Positions 39,619 to 47,959 of a DNA stretch of 64,000 nt are shown one piece after another. How positions within the stretch are numbered: the first letter of the stretch is position 1; each line of letters begins with the position of its first letter. Both the position numbers and the translations under genes were made by a program. Below the pieces are notes generated by a model. It saw only the letters and a list, made by a program, of their open reading frames with translations, did not search any database and was not told the DNA's origin. The stretch is from Dehalococcoidia bacterium (GTDB lineage: Bacteria > Chloroflexota > Dehalococcoidia > GIF9 > UBA5629): assembly GCA_034432055.1 (NCBI GenBank), contig DAOUCT010000003.1:75949-139948 (forward strand), read 5' to 3'.

Positions 39619-40887
39619 CTACTTGAGCACCTTCTTTATTGCCCACATTTCTTGTTCCTCAGTCAATAGTCTCTCGATGGTGTGATTCTTGCGCACCTCG
39701 TTAAGCCAATTGGTAAAAGCATCCATCTTTAAAGTCTCCCTTACTTCCCCATCAAGCTTGCGAGCAGGGTCCTTCTCGACTACTTTTATCAACCAATACC
39801 CGCCTTTGGTTGTTTTAGATGCGTCAGGAGTTGGCTGACTGAGAGAACCTGGCTCAAGGCTAAAAGCCAGCCGTGATAAGGTGCTGGTATCACCCCACCT
39901 CTGCACCCAGCCTAAATCACCACCCTGCTCTCCACTGGTTTCATCCTGTGAAAACTCCTTCGCCAGCGCGGCAAAGTCCTCACCTCTCTCCAGCCTCTCC
40001 CTTATCTCCAGGGCTTCTTTTTTCGTCCCCAGTAGAATGCCACGGATATGGCTACCTTTTGTCTCGTCTTTCTCCAGCACTTCAATAATCCAGTAGCCTA
40101 TATTTTTGGTCGCAGAAGCATCAAAAACTGGCTCGCTTACTTTACCTGGAGCAACAGAAAATACCATATCTTCGAATACCTGGCTGTCCAGTCCTAGAAG
40201 TATGTCTAAGTATCCTCTAGGCAACCAACCCAGGTCACCGCCCTTACTCTTGGTCACCGGTTCCACGGTAAATTCTTTAGCCAGAGCAAGAAAGTCCTCA
40301 CCATCGGTAACTCGCCTGGCGACTTCTGTTGCGGTATCCTCGTCCTGAAGCAGCATCGCCTGCACATAAGCCTGCTCACAGGTTTCAGGCACCATGGGGT
40401 CGAAATAGTCCTTCAGGAGTCTGGCTGTGAGCAGTCGCGCAGCGATTAAGTCCACAAAAGCCCTGTCGTCGGGCAGCTTTGAATCGTTTAACCCTTGCCT
40501 TATCTCTTCATCAGTCACCTGGAAGCCAAGTTTGGGGGCTTCCTGCCTCAGCACCTCCCCCTGCTCCATGACACCAAGACTAAGTTCGGCTATTGTAGGG
40601 AGCATAGCACCTTCCTGCCCCTGACTGTAAAACTTCAGCAACTTCAAATAATAATTCATTTTAAAGACGCTATCATCCACCTTCAGCACCGGTTGATTGA
40701 GGGGTCTCAGTTCTTCCGCATAAAAACCGTATCCGGTGTATGCAAGGATAAAGATGAGGAAGATGCAGCCAGCGATTAGTGTAATGCGCTGCACTCTTCT
40801 CTCGCGACGCCATCTCGATAACTGGCGCCTGGTGGGCGTTCGTATTGGGGCTGGTCTGGATTTCTTAGCCAACGGGTCACCTCGCAA
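39619..40887 (-). CDS. Membrane-anchored peptidyl-prolyl isomerase with two parvulin (PpiC) domains (PrsA/SurA-like)
   Basis: N-terminal TM helix (ITLIAGCIFLIFILAY) and two parvulin signatures (KGGDLGWLPRG, QGGDLGWVQRW). The start codon is uncertain (TTG). Confidence 0.8.
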   Translation of the reverse strand: MRGDPLAKKSRPAPIRTPTRRQLSRWRRERRVQRITLIAGCIFLIFILAYTGYGFYAEELRPLNQPVLKVDDSVFKMNYYLKLLKFYSQGQEGAMLPTIAELSLGVMEQGEVLRQEAPKLGFQVTDEEIRQGLNDSKLPDDRAFVDLIAARLLTARLLKDYFDPMVPETCEQAYVQAMLLQDEDTATEVARRVTDGEDFLALAKEFTVEPVTKSKGGDLGWLPRGYLDILLGLDSQVFEDMVFSVAPGKVSEPVFDASATKNIGYWIIEVLEKDETKGSHIRGILLGTKKEALEIRERLERGEDFAALAKEFSQDETSGEQGGDLGWVQRWGDTSTLSRLAFSLEPGSLSQPTPDASKTTKGGYWLIKVVEKDPARKLDGEVRETLKMDAFTNWLNEVRKNHTIERLLTEEQEMWAIKKVLK

Positions 40888-40965
40888 GATTTCTCAGCAC
40901 GGCATAAAAACGCCGATTGTCCCGAATCGTTTAATTATGATAACATATTGCCGTTGCTAAGACTA

Positions 40966-41042
40966 CGGGGTGTAGCGCAGCCTGGTAGCGCACCTGAATG
41001 GGGTTCAGGTGGTCGGCGGTTCAAATCCGCCCACCCCGACCA
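40966..41042 (+). tRNA. tRNA-Pro (anticodon GGG)
   Basis: I folded the cloverleaf manually. Acceptor cggggtg/caccccg; D arm gcgc-agcctggta-gcgc; anticodon arm cctga-atGGGgt-tcagg; T arm ggcgg-ttcaaat-ccgcc; discriminator A; encoded CCA. Confidence 0.9.
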
Positions 41043-41050
41043 TTACCAAC

Positions 41051-42409
41051 CTATCTTGCAGCCTTTCGTCTAGCCACCCGGTATATCACAAGCACGATTA
41101 CTGCACATAAAACAACCGCAGCCAGCCACCACCATCTACTTACCCCCACTGCCTCCTCGACCACCTCGAATTGTCCCGTCAGCCCAGCCACTTCCACCGT
41201 GTGCCAGCCGGGCATGTAGCCCTTCAGGGTAAAACTAACCATCTTGACGGCTCCAGGATCCAGCGTCAAAGTCCTTACCTCCCGCACCTCGCCATCAACG
41301 GTAAGCACCAATCGGTACTCGCCGGTCCTGCCACCGGTATTGGCTACTTCCACACTCACGGTCACCTCTTCCTCTTGCCGGACTCTGGTCGGTTCGATTA
41401 CGAGCCTGGTCACCTGGAAGCTAGCTGGTGCCGGCTCTGCTAGCCTTGCCATTATGGCAAACGGGGTGAAGTGACTCACCACACCATGTACCTTGCCCAC
41501 CTCAGCCACCGCACCCGGCACCGGCTCCAGCATCTGCCATCCTTTCTCGGCATCATAATAGGCAATGGATATCTCCACCGCGTTCTCCGGCACCTGCTCT
41601 GGCTCATAAGAGAGCAGTAGCCTGGCTGAAGGCGAAATATTTACCGGAGATGGCGGGGAAAGCGCAGTGGCAAAGGCTTCAAACTGGTACACCTTGCCCA
41701 GTACCACCGTGTTTTCAGGCGGCGGCAACGCCACAGAAGCTTCACTGAACTTCAGCAGCTCTGGCACCCTGCCCTCAGCCAGCACCACCTTCGTCCCCTT
41801 ATCAAGCTCGAAGGTATGTTTTTCCGAGGGGTCTTTCGCCACCAGTGTGCTGGCTAGCTCGCCCTCGCTGCTCACCCTCGCTGAAGCCACCCTGCCCAGC
41901 ATGTTTACACTTAAAGTAAGCGGATAAGCAGTATACGCCGCCGGCAGTCCTCCGATGCCGCCTCCACCTTCGGTGTAGCACAGCGTCCTGCCCAGAGGGC
42001 TGTTGGAAAGGTTTGACCACCTCCCCTGCGCATCCACCGCCTTAATGGCGAAAAAATAATTGGTGCAGGGGTCAAGTCCGATAACGGTGGTGCGCTCAGG
42101 CGTGCCCGGCGGCTGTGGTGGTGGCAGCCCGGCTACAGGGGTCGCCGCCTGCCATCTCGCCTCAGTATTTATCGCCGTCCGGGCATAGCGCAGGTCATAT
42201 TGCACCCACGGTCCACGGTTGCCACTGGTGCGGGGAGAGGTCCAGATGAGGGTAGCACTGGTATATGTGGTGCTCTCTACCGTGAGGTCAATTACCCTGC
42301 TGTGGACAACGGAGAATTTTCCCTTGAGCTCACCAGCGGCATATGTGCTGCCTGGCAGCAAACAAGGCAAAACTGCCAATACAAGAAGTACCCACCGGGA
42401 ACATCTCAT
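41051..42409 (-). CDS. Surface protein: signal peptide, FN3 domain, CARDB-like domain, C-terminal TM anchor
   Basis: Signal VLLVLAVLPCLLPGSTYA. FN3 pattern (TSATLIWTSP...YDLRYA...TNYFFAIKAVD). CARDB-like VTVSVEVANTGGRTGEYRLVLTVDG. Anchor WWWLAAVVLCAVIVLVIYRVARRKAAR. Confidence 0.8.
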   Translation of the reverse strand: MRCSRWVLLVLAVLPCLLPGSTYAAGELKGKFSVVHSRVIDLTVESTTYTSATLIWTSPRTSGNRGPWVQYDLRYARTAINTEARWQAATPVAGLPPPQPPGTPERTTVIGLDPCTNYFFAIKAVDAQGRWSNLSNSPLGRTLCYTEGGGGIGGLPAAYTAYPLTLSVNMLGRVASARVSSEGELASTLVAKDPSEKHTFELDKGTKVVLAEGRVPELLKFSEASVALPPPENTVVLGKVYQFEAFATALSPPSPVNISPSARLLLSYEPEQVPENAVEISIAYYDAEKGWQMLEPVPGAVAEVGKVHGVVSHFTPFAIMARLAEPAPASFQVTRLVIEPTRVRQEEEVTVSVEVANTGGRTGEYRLVLTVDGEVREVRTLTLDPGAVKMVSFTLKGYMPGWHTVEVAGLTGQFEVVEEAVGVSRWWWLAAVVLCAVIVLVIYRVARRKAAR

Positions 42410-42437
42410 TCAAACGAGGCAACCTGTCCTGATTTGC

Positions 42438-43574
42438 TTAATATGACCGTCTCCGCAGCGTGAACACAAGTATGATTATCACCAGCAGGGCTGCTGCCGC
42501 TATACCGCCGATGAGCAGCCAGTTCATGCCACCGAGACCTTCTGTGGTCAGGTCAAGGACTTCCTCTTTGCTACTGGTATAGGGCTTGTCCCCAATCCAC
42601 AATTCCAGCTTGAACCTGTACTCAGCCTTCTGCCACCCCTCCCTGGGGATATAGTTGTAGCTGAGTTCAACCCTGCCCTTCTCCAGTGGTGCCAGGGTGA
42701 TGAGGTTTACCTCCTCCAGAGGGCTACCGCCCTTGGTCACCTTGAGCACCACCTTCCCCTGCGGGAAGGGCTGGAACAGGTTGTTCACCGTGTACACGAT
42801 TTCGGCGAAGACCAGCTTCTTGGTCTCGGCGGAATAGTTAGGGGCGACGGTGAAGCCCTCAAAGTAGACCGTCTTTGCCTGGAGCACTATCTTCTTGGTC
42901 TGATTGGCGGCGATGGTGAAACTTTCCTCCGCCAGCTTGCTCCCCCCCATATACGCTTCGGCGATGTAGTCGCCCGGCGCCACCCTCATCTTCAGGCTGC
43001 CGGTGTCGGAATAGCCGACGCTGAGCCTGCCGTTGGCAGCCTGGCGGTAAAGCGTCACCCGCGCTGGCAACGGTGAACCGTCAGGAGTCAGGGCGACCAC
43101 CTCCACCGTGCCCGCCTCACCGGTAACGGTGAGCTTGGCTGTCTGCCCTGCCGCCCCCAGCAGCTTGATGCCAGCCCCCTCCCGGTAAGCCTCAGCAGTC
43201 ACCCGCAGCTTGTACTCACCGGGGGCAATAGCCTCGCTGACCTTAACTGCCACAGTGACCTTCTTCTGCTGTCCGGCAGGAAGAGGGAAGTCGGAGTCCG
43301 AAAGCACCAGCTCCACACCTGAAGGGGCTTCGGTGGTCATGCGCACATTCATATCGGAGCTGGAGTTGTTGAACACCACCACATAGACATCGGGTGTCTC
43401 GATGCTCGTCCCCTGGGGTACCTTGAACTCCTGACGGTAGAAGCTGCCGGAAAGTGCCAGCCCGCCCTGCGCCGCCGCAGCAGACGGCAAAACAAGGCTC
43501 ACGATGAAAAAGGCAGCAAGGGGGGCAAGGTATTTTGCCCCCCGCTGCCTCGCCTGCCGCACTATCTTGCACAT
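42438..43574 (-). CDS. Surface protein: signal peptide, CARDB/NEW3-like and carboxypeptidase-regulatory-like beta-sandwich domains, C-terminal TM anchor
   Basis: I place the start at ATG 43574 (MCKIVRQARQRGAKYLAPLAAFFIVSLVLPSAAAAQG); the track start is 43625. Patterns: VYVVVFNNSSSDMNVRMT...APGEYKLRVTA and GTVEVVALTPDGSPLPARVTLYR...VAPGDYIAEAY. Anchor GGMNWLLIGGIAAAALLVIIILVFTLRRRSY. Confidence 0.75.
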   Translation of the reverse strand: MCKIVRQARQRGAKYLAPLAAFFIVSLVLPSAAAAQGGLALSGSFYRQEFKVPQGTSIETPDVYVVVFNNSSSDMNVRMTTEAPSGVELVLSDSDFPLPAGQQKKVTVAVKVSEAIAPGEYKLRVTAEAYREGAGIKLLGAAGQTAKLTVTGEAGTVEVVALTPDGSPLPARVTLYRQAANGRLSVGYSDTGSLKMRVAPGDYIAEAYMGGSKLAEESFTIAANQTKKIVLQAKTVYFEGFTVAPNYSAETKKLVFAEIVYTVNNLFQPFPQGKVVLKVTKGGSPLEEVNLITLAPLEKGRVELSYNYIPREGWQKAEYRFKLELWIGDKPYTSSKEEVLDLTTEGLGGMNWLLIGGIAAAALLVIIILVFTLRRRSY

Positions 43575-43654
43575 GTTAATTATCCTAACACATAAGCGGC
43601 GGCTATGCAATACCCTGACGCCCAAAAACCGGGCAACACACAGCCAGCGCAGGA

Positions 43655-44650
43655 CTAGTCGTTGCTGATACCGTAATAGATGTCGCCGCTGTACTCGTCG
43701 GCTTCAAAATTGTTGCTCAACGACAGCCACAGTGTGTTGGTGCTGACCTTGACGCCGTTCTCATCGGTCTGGGTACCTGATTTCACAGTCACATCGGCCT
43801 TCTTCACCCATTTGGCGGCACCCAGGTTATTGGTGTCGTTGGCTTTCAGAGCGAACTCGTTATCGCCAGCCGGCGGCTCTGCTTCCTCTTCATCCAGATA
43901 AGCAGTGTAGCTTGCGCCAGCCCAGTCACTGCCTCTGATGGTGCGGAGATGACCACCGTTGGCGATGTAGGTCGTCTCTATGCCTGTCTGCGGGTTCGGC
44001 GATTGCTCGAACAGTAGGCCCGGGTCAACCTCACCCCAGTCCACTTCGGTAGTAGCCACCGTGACCTCGCCGTAGAAGTTCATGCCCTTGTCCCTGACAT
44101 AGTTCGTTCCTGTCCGGTCGTTCTTGTTGGCGGCGATGCCCTTGCCGTCCCAATTGTCTGAAGCCTCGGTCTCAGTTGCCACTTTGCCCACCACGAAGGC
44201 GAACACCCAGTCGCCGGTGGTATTGTTGAGGTTGTCAGGTCGGCTGCAGTCGCCCGGGACTATGCTCCAGGTGACAGAGCCACCGGCATCGATCGACCAG
44301 CCCTCGGGGTCAGCGGTCCATTTCAGCAGGGCACAGGTCTGCGGATGGGGCTCGCCGGGTTCCGGGTTGCTCCCGGAAGCATCGTAGTAAACATAGACCT
44401 CCACTGTCTTCAGGTACTTCAGACCGCTTTGCTGAGTAATGTTCGCCTTGGCATAGTATGTCACCTGCGGTGTCATGCTCGTAGCCACCTCGGTGCACGC
44501 CTTATCGGTGTAAATCTCTAACGAGTTCACGGTGGGTGCCTTTGCTTTCACGGTGAACTTGCCGGTGACCCCGGTGACCTCGTCACCGTAAGCCAGCGGT
44601 ACCAGACACAACACCAGCACCAGCGCTACTAATATGCTAAGCCATTTCAT
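43655..44650 (-). CDS. Secreted two-domain beta-rich protein of unknown family (paralog of 46325-47440)
   Basis: Signal MKWLSILVALVLVLCLVPLAYG; strong SD aaggaggt. Shares ordered motifs with the paralog: TPQVTYYA, PQTCALL, TGDWVFAF, GKVAT, DWGEVDPG, TYIANG, FALK, TNTLWLSLS, YSGDIYY. Confidence 0.8.
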   Translation of the reverse strand: MKWLSILVALVLVLCLVPLAYGDEVTGVTGKFTVKAKAPTVNSLEIYTDKACTEVATSMTPQVTYYAKANITQQSGLKYLKTVEVYVYYDASGSNPEPGEPHPQTCALLKWTADPEGWSIDAGGSVTWSIVPGDCSRPDNLNNTTGDWVFAFVVGKVATETEASDNWDGKGIAANKNDRTGTNYVRDKGMNFYGEVTVATTEVDWGEVDPGLLFEQSPNPQTGIETTYIANGGHLRTIRGSDWAGASYTAYLDEEEAEPPAGDNEFALKANDTNNLGAAKWVKKADVTVKSGTQTDENGVKVSTNTLWLSLSNNFEADEYSGDIYYGISND

Positions 44651-44768
44651 CTGTGTTACTTAAACACCTCCTTTCTGAGTTTTTGAGTACTGAGCAGATT
44701 TTGTTTCTAGTTTGATGGTCGCTTTTCCCTGTTCTGTATCATCACCTCCTTGTTCCAGAGTCACTAGC

Positions 44769-44799
44769 AAAAATAAAAACCGACCCTTTTCGGGTCGGT
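44769..44799 (-). terminator. Intrinsic terminator inside the 5' leader of the surface-protein operon
   Basis: The minus strand reads accgaccc-gaaaa-gggtcggt followed by ttttatttttg: an 8-bp GC-rich stem with a long T-run. Confidence 0.7.
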
Positions 44800-44945
44800 C
44801 TCACTACTCGCTCTACACCAGCCAAGTGACCGCATTACAGCCGGTGCTTCATCGCATCCCGACGTAGACCGGTCAAATTAGAGACTAACTTCTACCCTTC
44901 CTTGTTCCTCCTGCTTACCTCCGTCTTCACCAACGCACTATATGT
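44769..44945 (-). ncRNA. Candidate structured leader RNA / sRNA (promoter-to-terminator unit, ~175 nt), class unknown
   Basis: Bounded by a near-consensus promoter (44951-44979) and a strong terminator (44769-44799). It contains no convincing ORF, and possible helices are gaccg/cggtc and caccggc/gctggtg. It lies 120 nt upstream of the 43655-44650 gene. Confidence 0.4.
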
Positions 44946-44950
44946 AAAAT

Positions 44951-44979
44951 ACCATACCACGAGTTTTCAAGTTTGTCAA
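44951..44979 (-). promoter_or_regulatory. Near-consensus promoter with extended -10 immediately after the S8 protease stop
   Basis: On the minus strand, TTGACA (44979-44974), 17-nt spacer ending in TGg, then TATGGT (44956-44951). Confidence 0.6.
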
Positions 44980-45004
44980 GCCCCCTCCCAGGCGGTAACA
45001 CAGG

Positions 45005-46021
45005 CTATTCTCCAGCCACCTGCTGCACCGCTTTGAGGGCATTGATGCGTCCCTTCACACAGCCGGAGGGTACCCGGTCACAACCGGACTCGATGGCGGC
45101 GCGCACTTCGTCGTTGGTGAAGACGTTGCCATTTCGGTCCCTTGCCACGGTAAAAAGAAGTCCGGCAAGCCCGGAAACATGTGCCGCCGCCATCGAGGTG
45201 CCGCTAAGCGCCTGGTAATTATTACCAGGCAGCGTGGAGTAAATCGAAACGCCCGGGGCTGCCACCTCCACCCAGTCACCCCTCCCCGACCATAAAGTCA
45301 ACTCGTCACGAGTATCTGTGGCTGCCACCCCTAAACACTTGCCGTAATATGCCGGGTAAACTGCTCTATTACCTAAATAGTTACCCGAAGACGTCACTAG
45401 AAGAGCACCTTTGCTCCAGGCGTAGTCCACAGCTTGCTCTACCTCTATCGACGGTTCCAAAAGATAAAGGCTCATGTTTATCACTTTAGCACCGTGGTCC
45501 ACCGCCCAGATGATACCCTTCGCCAGAGCACTACTGGTGACCCAGCCACCATCATCCGCCACCTTAACATTAAGCAGCCGGCAGTCATATGCCAGCCCGG
45601 CAATACCTATACCGTTGTTCGCCACAGCAGCGATAATGCCTGCGACATGTGTGCCATGTCCATAAACATCGGCAGCGGTCGGACTGGTGGTAAAGTTGAC
45701 CTCATTCACCACCTTACCCGCCAAGTCCTCATGTCTCTTGTCTATACCGGTGTCCAGGACTGCGATAATGGTGCCAGCATCGCCCGATGTTATCTGCCAT
45801 GCCTGTGGTACCATTGCTTTATGAATGGACCACTGCATTATGGCATAGCTATCCCTGGAGACTGCAGAAGCAGCCACTGCTGCGACTCCCGCACCATCCG
45901 GGGGAAGGACAGCCACCCTGCCTGTGACATAGTGCCCTCCAGTTCCAGCGAGCAGGACCGGTATGCCCGCCAGCAGACAGATAACAAGGACCAGTAAACC
46001 GATACCAATTGACCTTTTCAT
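45005..46021 (-). CDS. Subtilisin-like serine protease (peptidase S8), membrane/secretion signal at N-terminus
   Basis: Catalytic triad motifs AVLDTGID, HGTHVAGII, GTSMAAAHVSG. N-terminal hydrophobic segment IGIGLLVLVICLLAGIPVLLAG. Confidence 0.9.
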   Translation of the reverse strand: MKRSIGIGLLVLVICLLAGIPVLLAGTGGHYVTGRVAVLPPDGAGVAAVAASAVSRDSYAIMQWSIHKAMVPQAWQITSGDAGTIIAVLDTGIDKRHEDLAGKVVNEVNFTTSPTAADVYGHGTHVAGIIAAVANNGIGIAGLAYDCRLLNVKVADDGGWVTSSALAKGIIWAVDHGAKVINMSLYLLEPSIEVEQAVDYAWSKGALLVTSSGNYLGNRAVYPAYYGKCLGVAATDTRDELTLWSGRGDWVEVAAPGVSIYSTLPGNNYQALSGTSMAAAHVSGLAGLLFTVARDRNGNVFTNDEVRAAIESGCDRVPSGCVKGRINALKAVQQVAGE

Positions 46022-46249
46022 TTCTCTGCACCATAACAGTCTAAGCCCCCTCCCTGCTGTACAGCTTCACCAGTAGGTAATGTTTGCGCACAACAGTTTG
46101 GTCATACCCGCCCCCAGTTTGCCGACGCTACACACTAGTCATGCCTGTTACGCTATGTATGGTATGACCGATGGGGCACCTCTCCCGCTAGGAAATAACT
46201 CCTAGACTGACGCCTACAGGAGGCAAGCAGTGCTTATGTAAAGAGATGC

Positions 46250-46278
46250 TTGACAGTCAAAAAGTGTTGTGCGATATT
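46250..46278 (+). promoter_or_regulatory. Sigma70-type promoter of the second secreted paralog
   Basis: TTGACA (46250-46255), 17-nt spacer, GATATT (46273-46278). Confidence 0.5.
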
Positions 46279-46324
46279 AGCAGCGTGTTAGAGGCGAGAC
46301 CTATTATGGCAGACACCGGAGAAG

Positions 46325-47440
46325 GTGATGAGGCAACTTAGTTACATCGGCATTGCATTATCGGCGGCAGTGGCAATATCCTGCCTGCTGCCAGCTTTTT
46401 CAATACAAAGTACCGGTTATTCCAATAATAGGGCGCTGGCAAACACGGACTCCGCCATCTATCAGGCAGACCTGGCAGCTAACAGCGATAATGTCACCAA
46501 AGAGCAAGCTACCGCGACAGAAGCAGACGAAACAGCCCTCGGTAGACCCCGACCTGATATAACAGCAGTTGAAATCTACAGTGACCCGGGCTGCACGCAG
46601 CCTACGTCAAGTCTGACGCCGCAGACCACCTACTACGCCAGGGTAGATATAAGAATGCGTATGGGCAATCAGCTATCGCACCTCAGAGAGGTAAGGGTAA
46701 CCATCTTTTACGATATTGCCGGTACAAATCCACCACCCCCACCAGTCGGCAATCCCCAGACCTGCGCCATACTGGTCTGCAATATAGACAGACCACCCCT
46801 ATGGGATATCAACGCTGGGAGTCCCACAAGCTGGCAAATCCTGCCAGCCGAATGTCAGCAGCCAGACTTAAGGCAGAAAACGGGTAGCTGGATATTTGCT
46901 TTCAAGCCGGGCAAAGTGGCTACAGCAAGCCCGCCCGGTAACTGGGATGTCTGCGCTAAGGCAACAACAAAGCTTAATGAGTGGGATGAACTCTGTATTC
47001 GGGACAAGTCTATGAACTGGTATGGTGAGATTATTCTCTTCCCTGCTTTGCTGGACTGGGGTGAAGTGGCACCGGGCACACGATTCGAGAACACACCACC
47101 CAATCCACGAGTCTTGACAGCTACTTATATCGCCAATGGGTCCTATGGCGTGGACATCAAATCAGACGACTGGTCAAGCGGGACAGCAACCGCATACCTG
47201 GATGAGACGGGTGGCAACCCGCCAGGCGGTGAAAACCAGTTCGCCCTGAAAGTCAGCACCACCGGTAACCTCGGCAATGCCATCACCGTCAGGAAAGACT
47301 ACACGCTCCTGGACGAGGGCACCCGGACTGGAGAAGGGGGAAGAATTAAAACAAACACTTTCTGGCTGTCCCTCAGCGAGTCTGACATCCCCTCAGGGAC
47401 CTACAGCGGCACTATACACTACCGTATCACGCAGAGATAA
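46325..47440 (+). CDS. Secreted two-domain beta-rich protein, paralog of 43655-44650 with an extra N-terminal low-complexity linker
   Basis: About 40% identity by eye to the paralog, with the same ordered motifs: TPQTTYYA, PQTCAIL, TGSWIFAF, GKVAT, DWGEVAPG, TYIANG, FALK, TNTFWLSLS, YSGTIHY. N-terminal signal-like helix IGIALSAAVAISCLLPAF. Start is GTG 46325 or ATG 46328. Confidence 0.8.
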   Translation: MMRQLSYIGIALSAAVAISCLLPAFSIQSTGYSNNRALANTDSAIYQADLAANSDNVTKEQATATEADETALGRPRPDITAVEIYSDPGCTQPTSSLTPQTTYYARVDIRMRMGNQLSHLREVRVTIFYDIAGTNPPPPPVGNPQTCAILVCNIDRPPLWDINAGSPTSWQILPAECQQPDLRQKTGSWIFAFKPGKVATASPPGNWDVCAKATTKLNEWDELCIRDKSMNWYGEIILFPALLDWGEVAPGTRFENTPPNPRVLTATYIANGSYGVDIKSDDWSSGTATAYLDETGGNPPGGENQFALKVSTTGNLGNAITVRKDYTLLDEGTRTGEGGRIKTNTFWLSLSESDIPSGTYSGTIHYRITQR

Positions 47441-47552
47441 TAATTGTACTCAGCCGTGTAGATTGGTGACACATATTCTTATTGTTCGCAGGGCAGGAAA
47501 CGGCTAATTAGTCCCGCGAGTCTTTCCCGCTGCCTTTATAAGATGGAGATTG

Positions 47553-47888
47553 CCCCCTCACCTAACCCTCTCCCGCGAGGGGAGAGGGACAAAGGAACAC
47601 CGCAAGAAGGAAGAGGGGGACACCTAACCTCTCCCGCGAGAGGAGAGGGACTTCTTTTCCTCTCCCTCGATAGGAAGTGCGCTGGCTGTGAAAGACAACA
47701 GCGCAAGAGGAATCCCGATATGCCTCAATCTCCCTCCTCTCCCCTAATGGGACAGGTATCTCATTCCCCCTCTCCTCTCTCTTGACGGGAGAGGTGTCTC
47801 ACTCCCCCTTTCCCTTGACAGGAGAGATATCTCACTCTGCCTCCCTCTCCCTTGACGGGAGAGGACTAAGGGAGGGTGACCCACTCCC
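47553..47888. repeat. Cluster 5 (largest, ~6-7 copies) of the hairpin repeat family
   Basis: Copies include ccctcacctaaccctctcccgcgaggggagaggg, cacctaacctctcccgcgagaggagaggg, cctctctcttgacgggagaggtgtctcactccccc, tttcccttgacaggagagatatctcactc and ccctctcccttgacgggagaggactaagggagggtgac. Confidence 0.85.
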
Positions 47889-47959
47889 ACTGTGCTATAT
47901 CCTGTGAGCCACCCTCCTATTTGAACGAACTCAAAATATCGGCTGAGAACTTGAAGGTG

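Noticed and set aside
44707-44742. 11-codon mini-ORF (MIQNREKRPSN) behind an aaggagg sequence in the surface-operon UTR
   Set aside because: The SD-like sequence ends only 2 nt before the ATG, which is too close for normal initiation. The peptide has no regulatory-codon bias. It is more likely incidental.
44769-44945. Assigning the surface-operon leader to the c-di-GMP riboswitch classes (attractive because those control pili and adhesins)
   Set aside because: The conserved GGCAAA and ACGCAAAGC elements of class I are absent, and so are the class II core motifs. The closest string is GGGAUGCGAUGAAGCACCGG, which is not a convincing match. The class is left unassigned.
44978-46053. Shared 12-mer gggagggggctt upstream of both the surface-operon leader (about 44979-44990) and the S8 protease start (about 46042-46053)
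   Set aside because: Exact 12-mer repeats are expected by chance many times in 64 kb when both strands are counted. The spacing to the -10-like element differs, so I have no support for a regulatory site.
40966-47888. Surface cluster as a tRNA-Pro-integrated genomic island
   Set aside because: There is no integrase. I could not find a direct repeat of the tRNA 3' end at the far boundary. The flanking genes are ordinary. Adjacency to the tRNA alone is insufficient.
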